Below are positions 26,691-40,382 of a DNA stretch of 64,000 nucleotides, one piece after another. The position numbers and the translations under genes are program-made. Below the pieces are notes generated by a model. That model had not been told where the DNA came from and did no database searches. It worked only from the letters and a program-made list of their open reading frames with translations. This stretch comes from Octopus bimaculoides (Eukaryota), in the NCBI RefSeq assembly GCF_001194135.2, contig NC_068984.1:2663709-2727708 (forward strand). The letters are read 5' to 3'. The first letter of the stretch is position 1. The number at the start of each line of letters is the position of its first letter.

Positions 26691-26905
26691 CATGTTTCAG
26701 TCATTTTGAGAGTAGCCATGCTGGAGCACCGCCTTAAGGGGTTTTAGTCGAACAAATCGACACCAAGACTTACTCTTCCTAAGTCTAGTACTTATTCTAT
26801 CGATCTATTTTGTCGAACCGCTAAGTTACGGAGACGTTATCACACCAACATCGATTGTCAAGCGATAGTGGAGGGAGGGACAAGCTCAGACACAAACACA
26901 CAAAT

Positions 26906-26910
<5 letters not shown>
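26691..26910 (-). mobile_element. SINE family 1, 3' half, running into its microsatellite and an N gap
   Basis: TGTTTCAGTCATT..GCCATGCTGGAGCACCGCC..CGAACCGCTAAGTTACGG. Confidence 0.9.
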
Positions 26911-26984
<74 letters not shown>

Positions 26985-27558
26985 NNNNNNNNNNNNNNNN
27001 NNNNNNNNNNNNNNNNNNNNNNNNNNNNNNNNNNNNNNNNNNNNNNNNNNNNNNNNNNNNNNNNNNNNNNNNNNNNNNNNNNNNNNNNNNNNNNNNNNNN
27101 NNNNNNNNNNNNNNNNNNNNNNNNNNNNNNNNNNNNNNNNNNNNNNNNNNNNNNNNNNNNNNNNNNNNNNNNNNNNNNNNNNNNNNNNNNNNNNNNNNNN
27201 NNNNNNNNNNNNNNNNATATATATATATATATAAGAAGGAAAAGACAACAAAAAGCAATGCAAGACGGGTATTTCAAGTCATTTATAATAATTTAGGGTA
27301 AGGTGAATTTGAGGTCTTACAGCTGTTTCTGGGATATCCCAAGTGATAGGCTAGCATGTCCGTACACTGGGTATTCAGCCATCAGAGTCACGTTGAGTAT
27401 GTATGAAAGATCTAGACGGGGAAATTGACAGTTTATAAGGAATAAAATAGTAGATAGAAGAATAAAGATTAAAACAGTAGATAGAAGAATGCAGACAGGA
27501 GAATAAAGTTCACAGCTTATCTTCTTCCAGAGGGTATGGAAGTTGGTCTGTATTTTCG

Positions 27559-27626
<68 letters not shown>

Positions 27627-27799
27627 TGTGTTTGTGTAAGAGAGATAGAGAGAGAAAGAGAGAGAGAGAACGTTAGTTATAATCCCAAGGAAATCCCGGC
27701 AGTATTTTGGCAGTATTTTGAATGTTGCATCCATGATGAAGGGATAATATATACCTGCTAATAATATATATGGATCCCTAGCTCCAGCCTCAGCTGTGA

Positions 27800-28250
27800 A
27801 CTTGGAACCTAACGGATGACCAATTATAGCACTTACTCAGCGTACCTATTCGTTTAGATCACTAGTGAGCCAAACCCCCTTTCATAAAAGTGTCTCTCCC
27901 AGCGTTCACTATTTTCCTCCCGTTCTGGTCTCATGACCCTCCATGTTTGTTTTCGTTCGATTTCCTTGTATGTCTCCACTGTCATGTTTTTGTTCTCAAC
28001 TTTGACCTCCATAAATCCTAAATTTCATTTTAGAATTTATGGGAGCAACTGTCTTTGAAAGACTCATATTGTCGTTGAGTGCTCGAAATGAGGAGTAGAT
28101 AAACAGCTGACAACTGATCAAGGGTCCTTTCTCTGTGTTTACTTGTCATGTCTTCCATCTTTTCTCGTTGTATATATTTAACTCGTTTGTTTACGTATTT
28201 CATGTTATTTGCACCGTTGGTGATGTCCTGTAGCCATATATGCCTATATA
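27800..28250 (-). mobile_element. Possible degraded RTE LINE piece
   Basis: Weak: SERWERHF resembles RW.EHF, with a Lys/Arg-rich linker. Confidence 0.25.
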
Positions 28251-28768
28251 TNNNNNNNNNNNNNNNNNNNNNNNNNNNNNNNNNNNNNNNNNNNNNNACA
28301 TACAGTGTACATTTAAACACATAAGAGAGATGTCCATAATAGGACATCTAACCCGCTAGAAGGAGCAGTCAAAACCCCAAACCACAATTAGGGATAATTT
28401 CGAAAGGAAATGAAAAATAAAAACATTTACCATCTATTTCCTGAACCAATGGTTTCAAGCTATTTTCAGCAAAATAAAATAATTTGCTCGGCCAGCTATC
28501 GTCAGCAGGAAAGCCAAAATTAACGTATAAACACGAGACAATACATGGAAACATACCTCGTGTTTATATGTTATAATTTTTCACACCGCGCATGTGCAGT
28601 TTTCTTATCGGCAACAAATACAAAAAATGCCGATTTTCTTCCAGAAATTAGCCAAAAAAATCATTATATCATTAATAAATCTCAGGGTAGCAAAACAATT
28701 TTATAAATTCATTTTGCTACCAGTGGTCTAGCAAGAAGAAAAAACTAGTCAAAAGGAGCAGTCGCGCG

Positions 28769-28815
<47 letters not shown>

Positions 28816-28959
28816 TAGTCAATTAATATATTAATATTTATTATTCAAAATTCAACAAAAAAAGAAATAGATTATATGAAAAAAAAGGTTTATAGTCAGT
28901 CACTATAGTTTATTAAATACACATAGTTTATTAAGTATTCCACTGAACTACATCCGGCA

Positions 28960-29520
28960 GCCTGCACGAATCATACGGTGTTCAGTGGTTCTTAGTCGTG
29001 TCCTCTTGCGCTTTCCACCTAGGAGCGTGTTAAACAGCAGGCACAGTTGATAGCATTCATTGAGTGGGTTGTCGCAGTTAGTGACCAATCCATCTCAGCC
29101 GGCGTTCCTTTATCCTCGTGCTCATTTGCTCATACAAGATATCCGATATATATAGGATTCTTGTGTGAAAAGTGTTCACCATGGCTCGTTGCCGATTCGG
29201 ATTCATATCTCGTATCCATATGTAAAAATCGGAAGGCATAGAGTCGTGTACATCTTTTATCTTCGTTGTTGCGTTGATGTCAGCCGTTATTAGATTCTTG
29301 ATGATTACGAAAGGAAAACAAGGTGAGATCAAACATTGGTGGTCGCATCAGAATAGATATGAACATGTCAACAGGAAGCTGTCACACCAACGCCATTTTG
29401 AACATGTCAAGGCGGATGTATTGAGAAAGAGGTTGCCCACATTTATCTTCTCCACATACGATATTCGAACAGTATTGAAACGTGGAAAATATGATCAAGT
29501 GACGAGCGAAGCAGTCGATT
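28960..29520 (-). mobile_element. RTE LINE 3' RT relic
   Basis: TKIK...RIKERRLRWIGH followed by a GKR.RG-like segment. Confidence 0.65.
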
Positions 29521-29530
29521 GACGGTACAG

Positions 29531-29603
<73 letters not shown>

Positions 29604-29818
29604 TACATACATATATATACACACACACAGATATGACGGCTATTGATGGAGGTTATTGTTTTATCTCTAATGATATGTCCAATATCTGTGTGGTGGAAAT
29701 AATCCTATTAGATGTGAGTGTCGCCAATGTCAACTTTTCAGCTCTAAAAGCATTAGATTACTATCAGGAAACTGGAAAAGTAGCTTAGTTAACCTCTATC
29801 AAGCTATCTATCTATCTA

Positions 29819-29931
<113 letters not shown>

Positions 29932-30214
29932 TACATACATACATATATATATATGTGTGTGTATGTATGTATATATACTGTATATATGTATATGTATATA
30001 TTATATATATCTACACACACGCACACATACACATATATAAATGGAGCAAAAACGCAATAGAGGACAATAAAACATTCGAACAGACAGACGATACAAGGCG
30101 GGCAAGGGAAACAGCAATTAGAAGGACAGGGGAAAAAAAGACGGGTCATTCGTGGCTTTCTTTCCTCAGTCAAGTTTCAGAAGTCACGACCATTTCGGGC
30201 AGTTACACTTGAAA

Positions 30215-31030
30215 TGGTTCAGTCTTTTTACTGTAGTGGCGTTGGACTGCTTCAAACTCCGTTGTTAATTTGGCACTATGTGGTGACCATAACTAGGAGC
30301 AGTAGTCCAACCGGCTGAGCACAAAGGGTCTCCAGAAGATCAAAATAGTTATTTGGTCTCTTGTCTTGAAGGATCTTAGTATCCGTCCTGCCAGTTGTCT
30401 GCACTTTGCTGCCATCCTGGTAATGTGCATATGAAATGATGCATCATTGCACATACTGACCCCCAAAGGATTGCAGTGCCTTTGGTTCCTGTATAGGCAG
30501 GCTGTAGTGCATTCGCGAGTTGATAGTGCAGTGCTTGAAATTTTCCACCATTAAACTGCATGTTGTTTAATTCGGCCCCCGTGTATATAGAATTCAGGTC
30601 CCGCTGTAAGCTTGCGACGTCACCTTGATTTTCATTTGCATGTGATAATTTTGTAATATCGGCATAGTTAGTGACAGTGGATGTCTGAGTGACCGTGAGC
30701 ATATCTAAGAAGGCTATTATGAACAGTAATGTCCCTAGAACAGTTCCCTGGGGCACGCCACTCAAGGTTTGAGTTTCCTCAGAAAGGGCACCACTAGCTG
30801 CAACTGCCGGAAGCGTGAAACGAGCTGCTTTATCGTTAATTTTCAACATCCGAAGGAAATATGAATCGATTTTAATTGGAATACACTTCTTCTGGCCTTG
30901 ATTCTCATTTTGTGACAAGAAGCAAAATATCGTTTTGAGAAAAACCGGCCTTATCCCAATTTTTGCAGCCAATGAAATCACTCTTCATAATATATACTCC
31001 ACAGGAAGCCTGTTACCACGTGGTGCTGTA
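30215..31030 (-). mobile_element. CR1-type LINE RT fragment, same family as 57857-60245
   Basis: SGVPQGTVLGTLLFII..D..YADITKL..LQRDL..IY..A..NNMQFNGGKFQ. Confidence 0.9.
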
Positions 31031-31371
31031 CTCACATTCTGTCTGTCTGTCTCTATATCTGTCTCTCTTTCTCCCTCACACAGATACACACACACACACA
31101 CGTAAATCACGACTGGACACAGTGATGCTGCTCCTTTCCAGTGGTTGAACGCTCCATCAAAAGCCCAATATTTAATAGAATCGTTTCTCTCGCTATTGTT
31201 ATCACAAATATTTATTACAGTTATCACACATTTTTTATTGACCAATTTCGATTTCTGAGCTTCAAAAGATAAATTCCTCTCCTCGGGCAATCTTTAAGCA
31301 TTATTAACGCGCATAAATACCAACTGCACATACATAACTATGCGCACACAGCAAACACACTCACACACACA

Positions 31372-31413
<42 letters not shown>

Positions 31414-31684
31414 CACACACACACACACACATACACACACACATACATGCACACACACAAACACACACACACACTAGACATAACACACACTTACGCAACG
31501 CATACCAAATATACACGTATACAGTTAAAACTACAAATACACACATATGTGCATGGTTGCAGCTTGCCTACGAGGGAGATCTATGGTGCCGTTCAACCTG
31601 CTAGGAATAGTAGCCAAATCACCCTCAAATGTTGTCAAACTGCCTTATGTGTGTTTACATGCATGATAATTATCCAAGAGGACA

Positions 31685-32120
31685 TCTTCACGCTGGGTTT
31701 CACTGTTACCGAAAATCTCCTCTGGCGAAAACATATCCTTGGAATCCTTAGACCGTATTCTCAAAAGAGGCCTTCTCTTCAGGGCCCAAAAATATTCTAG
31801 CCTTCAGCAACTACTGACGCTCAGCAATGCCCAATTGAGGATCACAATGGAGTACTTTGCCCACATTTAGAATCGTACTGCTGGTTTCTACACAGTCATC
31901 CTGAACAGCATCTAGAAAAGGATCTTTTGGCATATTAGAATATAAATACAAACGGTTACAGTCCAGGTCAAGGCCACAGGAGTCATGTCTCCTCTCTCTT
32001 TGTCCTCTGTTCCTATCGCCATCATTCAGGCACGGAAAATTGATCGGGTCCAGATCACTGGACTCGGTGAACTTGCATATGTCATGGGAAATGTCCCTTC
32101 CTCTCCACTGAACAAGTAAA
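31685..32120 (+). mobile_element. Jockey/CR1-superfamily LINE RT C-terminal relic
   Basis: LGFTVTENLLWRKHI, then GLLFRAQKY..QQLLTL..AQLR.TMEYFAHI*..LNSI*KR. Confidence 0.75.
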
Positions 32121-32289
32121 TAACCCACCACCACCAGCACACACAATATAGTTTTGTCATTTCAGGATAAATAACCAGTTGATAGGACCCAGTATGTATG
32201 TAATGTCTTGAATCTCCAACTGAGATGCAATGTTTAACTCACAGACATCCTTTCATCCGGACACAGCAACATACGTACAGAGCAAAATA

Positions 32290-32503
32290 TTGGTCTCAAA
32301 CTTTGACACAACACCTACAATTTTAGGAGAGAGTGCAATCAATTACATCGACCCCAGTGCTCAGCTGGTACTTATATTATCGACCCTGAAAGGATGAAAG
32401 GTAAATGCGACCTTGACTTAGTTTAAGCTCAGAACATAAAATGGGACGAAATGCCGCTTACCGCTTTTTCCGGATCCGTAACGATCGTCCTAGCTCACCG
32501 CTT
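32290..32503 (-). mobile_element. SINE family 2
   Basis: TACATCGACCCCAGTG..GGTACTTA..ATCGACCCTGAAAGGATGAAAGG..CTAGCTCACCGC. Confidence 0.85.
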
Positions 32504-32865
32504 TATAGAGAGCGGAATATTGCTTAATAAGTAAAAAGACAAACAAAAAAAAAAACAGCATCTACGGAGTTCAGTTTATTAGGTTACAGCTGTTTCATCA
32601 TGGGAACGCAGTAACAAGTATCAATCTGTATTCTCTTAACGTTATAGGGGCTATAATGAAGTACTTTTATAGATAAATTCGTTTAAATAAATATACACAT
32701 AGAAACATATAGACATATACACACATGTGTATATAAATCACTATACACACTCATATGTGGACACAACCATTATGTAAATGCATATACACATATATACATT
32801 CATATACACACATATATACATATATATATATTTATATATATATACGTTTATATTTGTTTATATAC

Positions 32866-32919
<54 letters not shown>

Positions 32920-32941
32920 TGTGCTGACATAAGCATACAAA

Positions 32942-32974
<33 letters not shown>

Positions 32975-33703
32975 NNNNNNNNNNNNNNNNNNNNNNNNNN
33001 NNNNNNNNNNNNNNNNNNNNNNNNNNNNNNNNNNNNNNNNNNNNNNNNNNNNNNNNNNNNNNNNNNNNNNNNNNNNNNNNNNNNNNNNNNNNNNNNNNNN
33101 NNNNNNNNNNNNNNNNNNNNNNNNNNNNNNNNNNNNNNNNNNNNNNNNNNNNNNNNNNNNNNNNNNNNNNNNNNNNNNNNNNNNNNNNNNNNNNNNNNNN
33201 NNNNNNNNNNNNNNNNNNNNNNNNNNNNNNNNNNNNNNNNNNNNNNNNNNNNNNNNNNNNNNNNNNNNNNNNNNNNNNNNNNNNNNNNNNNNNNNNNNNN
33301 NNNNNNNNNNNNNNNNNNNNNNNNNNNNNNNNNNNNNNNNNNNNNNNNNNNNNNNNNNNNNNNNNNNNNNNNNNNNNNNNNNNNNNNNNNNNNNNNNNNN
33401 NNNNNNNNNNNNNNNNNNNNNNNNNNNNNNNNNNNNNNNNNNNNNNNNNNNNNNNNNNNNNNNNNNNNNNNNNNNNNNNNNNNNNNNNNNNNNNNNNNNN
33501 NNNNNNNNNNNNNNNNNNNNNNNNNNNNNNNNNNNNNNNNNNNNNNNNNNNNNNNNNNNNNNNNNNNNNNNNNNNNNNNNNNNNNNNNNNNNNNNNNNNN
33601 NNNNNNNNNNNNNNNNNNNNNNNNNNNTATATATATATATATACATACATATATATGCATATTCAAGACATCCATATATAAATGCATAGAGCGCAACATG
33701 TGT

Positions 33704-33738
<35 letters not shown>

Positions 33739-34369
33739 CGCACACATGCAAATACACACGCTTGCACTCCCACACATATACGTATATATTTCCTTAAGAC
33801 ATTCTACCGTGGTTGTGCACAATAAACCGACACGCTGTTTCCGGTAAAAAAAAAAAAAATTGCTGTTTTTATTTCGTAAAATTGTCTCATAACATTGCCA
33901 AACGCAGAGAGAAGAGGCAGTTTGCCAGGAGTGAATATTAAAAGGTTAAGCTTGTCTTTAAACTAATATTGCTAAATCTAAAATATTGTCTTTTATTAGG
34001 AAACTGTAATATGTGCACACATCAATGACATTTCATGTGATTTCTCGCTAATATCACAAAATGCAACTACTTTAAAACTGAGTATGATGTCATAGTTGGC
34101 GTCCATTGTTGATTTAGAGCTGTTATCTATGACATCATCAGCGAGAGTTACGTTAGAAATACTGCAATATGTCTTCGTTTACGTCAGCGACCAATTGAAT
34201 TTGCTTTTAGGATTCAATCTCATAGATACATCAGTTCGTTCTCTTCAAATAGGTCTGTGTTGCAATGTTCTATTGCAAATGTGAAGATATTCTACTCATT
34301 ACGAATAGAATGTTGTGTCTATATTAAAAATAGTCAGAAGTGTAAAGGTTATTATTTTGTGGTATCAGT

Positions 34370-35212
34370 GGAGAGGAAGTGATTGTTGTCCTCCTGGAAA
34401 GATCGATATTCAGCATAGTTGATGTTAAGTTTAAACTGGTATGTTGTCAGTTGAAGGGAGGAAAATATGACAAGAAGGGAATTTCGGAGGGTTCTGGTTA
34501 GAGAAATTAGGAGAATCAGAATAGAGTGAAATGGTAAAGATGACGAACGAAAGGGATGGAGGCGACTGTGTCGGGCGGGATGGAAACCACAAAATCCGAG
34601 GAACAGAGGCCATTGTAGAAGCTGTATCAAAGGCAATGGGAAGTCACAAACGTTATATACTCTTGTGTGTAGCAGAGGAAGCACTGTCTTTGATTCGGTA
34701 GCAGTTGCTTATTGTGATTCTTTCTTGATTTTTGTAGAAAGTCATCAAACGCGTGGCGTGGGGTACTTTCAAGCTGTGAAGGATATCTTTCGAAACGCAA
34801 TGTTTGTTGTGTCATCAATGTGGGATTACCAGGAGAAATCCTCAATGACTGCAAGTCTTAGCTTCTGTAGTTCTGTGAGAATTATAATTGCGTATCTTCC
34901 TAAAGTACAGGGGATCCTTCATATGCCTAGGGATCGAATCTTTGGACTGTTCAAAGGGATTAGATTACTATGTATCTGCTGGTGTCCGGATTGTAAGTTA
35001 GAGGATGTTTGGGTATATAAGGTTAAGTAAAGCGCAGGAGTGGCTGAGTGGTAAGTAGCTTACTTACCAACCACATGGTTCCGGGTTCAGTCCCATTGCG
35101 TGGCACCTTGGGTAAGTGTCTTCTAATATAGCCTCGGGCCAACCAAATCCTTGTGAGTGGGTTTTGTAGACAGAAACTTAAAGAAGCCCGTCGTATATAT
35201 ACATATATGTAT

Positions 35213-35259
<47 letters not shown>

Positions 35260-36460
35260 AGAGTGTGTGTTTGTCTCTCCAACATCACTTGACAACCGAT
35301 GCTGGTTTGTTTACGTCCCTGTAACTTAGCTGTTCGGCAAAATAGACCGATAGAATAAGTACTAAGCTTACAAAAAATAGGTCCCGGGGTCAATTTGTTC
35401 GACTAAAGGTGGTGCTCCAGCATGGCCGCAGTCAAATGACTGAAACAAATAAAAGAATAAAAAATAATAAAAGAATAAAGCAAAGAGATATCACCTGGAG
35501 AATCGTGGGTGGTGTTTGAATTAACAGCAGGTATGTTGATAATATGTACTTGGGAGAGTGTGTGTGGCATAACCGTACCTTGGAGTACACGAAAGTTGAT
35601 TGAATGTGATTCAGGAGGAATCCCTATCTGTAAGCGGTAAAATGGGTTCTATCTAACAGGGAACTTCAAACCGAGGGATGGAAGTCAGTTGAAAACCATA
35701 TATTCTATGACGTGTACGAAGGTGTCTTTGTACTTTGGTTTAAAGTCTTGCATGGTTAATGACAGACGGTAAAAGAGATCCAGTGTCTTTTAGGCGTTGG
35801 AAATATTTGAAGTGAAAGGTTTTGTTTGTTTGAAGAGTGTGAAGTGATATAACTGAGAGGATAATTTCAGGTATCTACCTTACTATCTCAGAGTAAAACA
35901 CATTTGCTGCCAGTGATAATGGTTAAAAGGCAGCAGAATAGCAGATGAAAATTCAATTTAGAATGGAAGCAAAGATTGGCTACAAAGAGTAACGAAAAGT
36001 ATAGAGAGCGGAGGGCAAGATAAAGGGGAGAGAAAACCGCAAGCAGTAGATTATCAAGATACCTAGTCAACGAAATCCTTGAAAAACCAAATGGTTATGT
36101 CTTTGATGGTTGCCATACAATACTGATGTATCAATATGACATTCATAATACGTCATTTGAAATTAAAAGAGAATTCTTGGTCATCTTTTAATCTCCGAAG
36201 TCCACAGAAAAGTGTCATTAAGATCAGTTCCTATCATATCTGGAGAGGTTGCTAGGGAGCTGGCCGTTGTGCATCAAGTAGGTTCTTTCCCTCATCAACA
36301 CAGTTGGTCCAAGAAGAAACCGTCAGGGGTCATATGTATTGCACCAAAGGTATCATGGATAATACTGGTGCCTTAGTGCAATATTGTTAGAATTATGCTG
36401 GGAACAGAACCAAATTGTCTCAACGAATCGTTGACTGTAGTGATGGAGGTGGGGGACGAT
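34370..36460 (-). mobile_element. Highly decayed Jockey/CR1-superfamily LINE, split by a SINE at 35032-35479
   Basis: In order on the minus strand: an LTRY.DN.L / KLNFHLL region, SINFRVLQGTVMPH.L (SGVPQGSVL.PTL-like), EDFSW*SHI, LMTFYKNQ.R.TI, RTLRNSL...YQFKLNIN. Confidence 0.55.
35032..35479 (+). mobile_element. SINE family 1, full length
   Basis: A-box TGGCTGAGTGG, B-box GGTTCAGTCCC, internal (TG)n(GA)n, 3' GGCCGCAGTCAAATGACTGAAAC and an (AAAGAAT)-like tail. Confidence 0.95.
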
Positions 36461-37505
36461 ATTTGTGGTGGTTGCTGATCGCTGTTAAATGAAAAATATA
36501 TGACCGATGGCGTTCCAGCTGTGACCATCAAGAGAAAGAATATATCTATAGATCATTGCCAAAGGATCTATGTATTTAATATCCTAACTATACATTCATC
36601 ATTATTAGAGTTAGGATGTATTCAGAAGAACCATCAAGGAGAATGCTTAAAAATATTGATGACGTTGTCGATAATGATCGATGAAGACAATTAGAGAAGT
36701 CTTTGAAAAAACATTCCTGGTGCCATTTATTTCATCATTTTTTGTTTTATTTCTGTGTTGTGCTCTTGAAGAGTTAGTTTTATCGTACAAAATTGGTCAA
36801 AAATTGCTTTAATCAACTTAGAATCCTGCTTAGGATCCTGCTATTGTTGAGCTGTATTTCGCATTACTATTCATACGTATGTGTGTGAGTGTGTTTGTAA
36901 GTATATGAATGTGTGTGTGCGTGTTTACCCACTTGTAATCTCACTTACGAAGACGTAAAATATCTTAGAAGAACATACTTTATAGTTATCAAAGAGTTTG
37001 ATGTTTTGATTGAACAAGAAGACAGTTTGGCAATAAAATTATTGATAATTGATCTCGGATTGATTGGGGCCATGTGTTAATGTAATTATATTCAAGATCG
37101 AATTCCTCGATAAATATTTTCTTCGATTTATAGAAAATTAAATGTACATAAAAATAATTGTTATTTCCAAGTTTCCCAATAAAACTCGTAGTATTTCTTT
37201 TCAACGCCAGTTGTATGTTTATGAAAGTCTATTGCGGAGAATAAAAGCAATTTGTTATGCTCAATAAAAAAAAAAAGAAAAACTACTTTTTTATTTACCA
37301 AACTGTAATGTGTTCAGAAGCAATGGAATTTTCCTGCTGTAATTTCTCAACTCTATAAAAAGTTCTCATTTTTCCAATCTACCTTTTTTGCATTGAAGTA
37401 CATTAACAGTTGTAATAATTCAGTGTTTAATACTGCAAAACGATGTTATTTGACGAGTTCCTGATACTTACAATGGAACGTTCATCTCTTTTATACTTGT
37501 AAGTG

Positions 37506-37550
<45 letters not shown>

Positions 37551-37899
37551 CCAATTCTTGATTTGCTTTTCAGTATTTCCAATGTGTGAATGCCAGTTTA
37601 GTCGTTAGGTTGTAAGGAAGAGGTTGTTAAAATGTAAATAAATACAAAGCACACGTTTCTTTAAGTTGTTCTTTGTGAAGACATTCCCTCTTTTAAATTT
37701 TAATGTCTTTCACATGTTTGTTGTCTGAAACAAGGCCTTCACTTGGAATGTAGGAATTATGGAGATTTACATTTCTTCTCCATGAATCAGTATTCTGCTA
37801 TGTTTTGATTCAAGTGACTTAATACGTACCCTGGCACTTCAATAATGGTGGGTTACACCAGAAACCGTGTTTTGGATACAGGGTCTAGAGACACCTCAC

Positions 37900-37920
37900 C
37901 ATTGCTGCAGTATTTGCCAT
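37900..37920 (-). CDS. Candidate start-codon exon (exon 37900-37934; coding part MANTAAM)
   Basis: Acceptor ACTTTTCCCAG| with an upstream pyrimidine tract, Kozak-like CACCATGG, and donor ATG|GTGAGG. Confidence 0.4.
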
Positions 37921-38087
37921 GGTGTGCAGAGAAGCTGGGAAAAGTTTTATCAAAATCAAATCACAGAAAAGAAATCCTAAATTTCACTCCTAAGCTGTTA
38001 GCGTGGGTTCTGGGTGGGTTCTGGGTGTATATGGTATATTATAAAACTATACACACATGCTACGCACTCGTGCGCGCGTGCACTCAC

Positions 38088-38177
<90 letters not shown>

Positions 38178-38486
38178 ACACTCACACACACACACAAACA
38201 CACACACACACACAGAAATGTGTCTAGATATAACTGCAATGGATTCTAGTCATTTATCATACAAGGAAACTGTTTCTCTTCTGAGACTCTACAACTGACA
38301 TATTTCTCATAACAAGGAGCAAGCAATCACACTTCGCCGATTATTTCCATTACAACAAACTTGCAGATATGGAAAATAGTTCTCACATTCACACGACAAC
38401 CAGACGGCGCTGAAGTTCAACTCCGATTCGGAGTCTTCCTATTTACATCTTTATTTGTTGCTGTTGTTGTTACTGCTACAAATCTT

Positions 38487-38611
38487 TCTTCTTCTTCTTC
38501 TTCTTCTTCTTCTTCTTCTTCTTCTTCTTCTTCTTCTTCTTCTTCTTCTTCTTCTTCTTCTTCTTCTTCTTCTTCTTCTTCTTCTTCTTCTTCTTCTTCT
38601 TCTTCTTCTTC
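38487..38611. repeat. Perfect (CTT)n, about 41 units
   Basis: Read directly from the sequence. Confidence 0.98.
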
Positions 38612-39338
38612 CTTTCATTCACAAACATAATGGTATTCTTTCATACAAACTCAATTACGAACGCATATCAGCTGCAGCTTCGATATCTAACCTCACAAAT
38701 GAGCACACAGAATATATGTGTGAGTTTGTGTGTGTACATAGATATACCCACACACACGCGCACACATATATACAGAACTGTATATAAACGTAGATACACA
38801 AATACACACACACACACACACACACACACATACTTTTAATGAAATATCATTAATATTAAAAATAATAATAAATAGGCTAGCAAGCTTAACCAATATATAT
38901 ATATATATATATATATANNNNNNNNNNNNNNNNNNNNNNNNNNNNNNNNNNNNNNNNNNNNNNNNNNNNNNNNNNNNNNNNNNNNNNNNNNNNNNNNNNN
39001 NNNNNNNNNNNNNNNNNNNNNNNNNNNNNNNNNNNNNNNNNNNNNNNNNNNNNNNNNNNNNNNNNNNNNNNNNNNNNNNNNNNNNNNNNNNNNNNNNNNN
39101 NNNNNNNNNNNNNNNNNNNNNNNNNNNNNNNNNNNNNNNNNNNNNNNNNNNNNNNNNNNNNNNNNNNNNNNNNNNNNNNNNNNNNNNNNNNNNNNNNNNN
39201 NNNNNNNNNNNNNNNNNNNNNNNNNNNNNNNNNNNNNNNNNNNNNNNNNNNNNNNNNNNNNNNNNNNNNNNNNNNNNNNNNNNNNNNNNNNNNNNNNNNN
39301 NNNNNNNNNNNNNATATAAATAAATAAATATATATATA

Positions 39339-39677
39339 TTCTTTTATTCTTTGACTTGTTCCAGTCATTTGGCCGCGGCCATGCTGGAACACCGCTTTTA
39401 GTCGAACAAATCGACCTCAGGAATTATTCTTTGTAAGCCTAGTACTTATTCTATTGGTTTCTTTTCCCAGACCGCTAAATTACGGGTACGGAAACACGCC
39501 AGCATCGGTTGTCAGTTTCCGTCTACCAAATCGTCTCCCAAAGGCTTTGGTCGGCCCGAAGCTATAGTAGAAGACACTTGCACAAGGTGCCATGCAGTGG
39601 GACTGAACCCGGAACCATGTGGTTGGGAAGCAAGCTTCTTACCACACAGCCACGCCTGCGATTCTTACCACACAGCC
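39339..39677 (-). mobile_element. SINE family 1 with the internal microsatellite region deleted and the head duplicated
   Basis: Junction ATCGGTTGTC|AGTTTCCGTC at about 39513. TTCTTACCACACAGCC occurs at both 39636 and 39662. Confidence 0.9.
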
Positions 39678-40164
39678 GCATATACGTCTATGTGTGTATA
39701 CATTGATTATACAGACATAAATACATATGTACATATATACATGCATACATACATACATGCATACATACACACACACACACACACACATATGTAATGTAAC
39801 GTAATGCAACCAAAAATTGCCTTCCTTTTCTTTCTTTTCTTTCCTCTTACATGCCTTCAAACTTGATTAATTATCTATTGTGAATCTAAAGAATACATAC
39901 CTGCTGATTAATGGACTCCAGAAACGGCCGTCGAGTTGCTTCATGTTGCCGTTATAACCCTCTATAAAACATTTCTTCTATAAAACATTTCTTCTTTTAA
40001 ATCCGTAAGTAGGATTTCTCACTACTGCCGATGTATTTTATAACTTTTAATCCTTATTTCAACGTCGTTCAATCTTAAACTTAAATTTAATATGATTTTT
40101 AATCGATATATCAGCCTTTATTTATTTACTCTTTTCATGTACATTTTTCCTCATATAATTCTTA

Positions 40165-40382
40165 TCTCATATATATTTGTGAAAAGGGCGGACGTTGTCT
40201 CACAAGCAGTTGTGCAAGCAAAAGTGCAAGTAAATGTGGTTGGATTGACCTGAAAATTTGCACACCTATGTTAAAAGGGCTGGAGAGTTTGCTCAAATGA
40301 AAGGCGTGGCCTCTAGGGCAAAATTCCCCATCTTTAAAATCTGGCCCGAGTAGACCCGAAAGAAATCGGGTTATAATACTAG
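40165..40382 (+). mobile_element. Non-autonomous Helitron-like element
   Basis: 3' hairpin ACCCGA-AAGAAA-TCGGGT, then TATAATA-CTAG|T. The putative 5' end A|TCTCATATATAT is less certain. Confidence 0.65.

Noticed and set aside
32755-33822. Long ORFs across N runs and (TA)/(CA) tracts, here and throughout the track
   Set aside because: They are open only because of Ns or stop-free dinucleotide repeats ([16 protein letters not shown]).
38361-38787. Poly-Ser and poly-Leu ORFs
   Set aside because: They come from the (CTT)n microsatellite.
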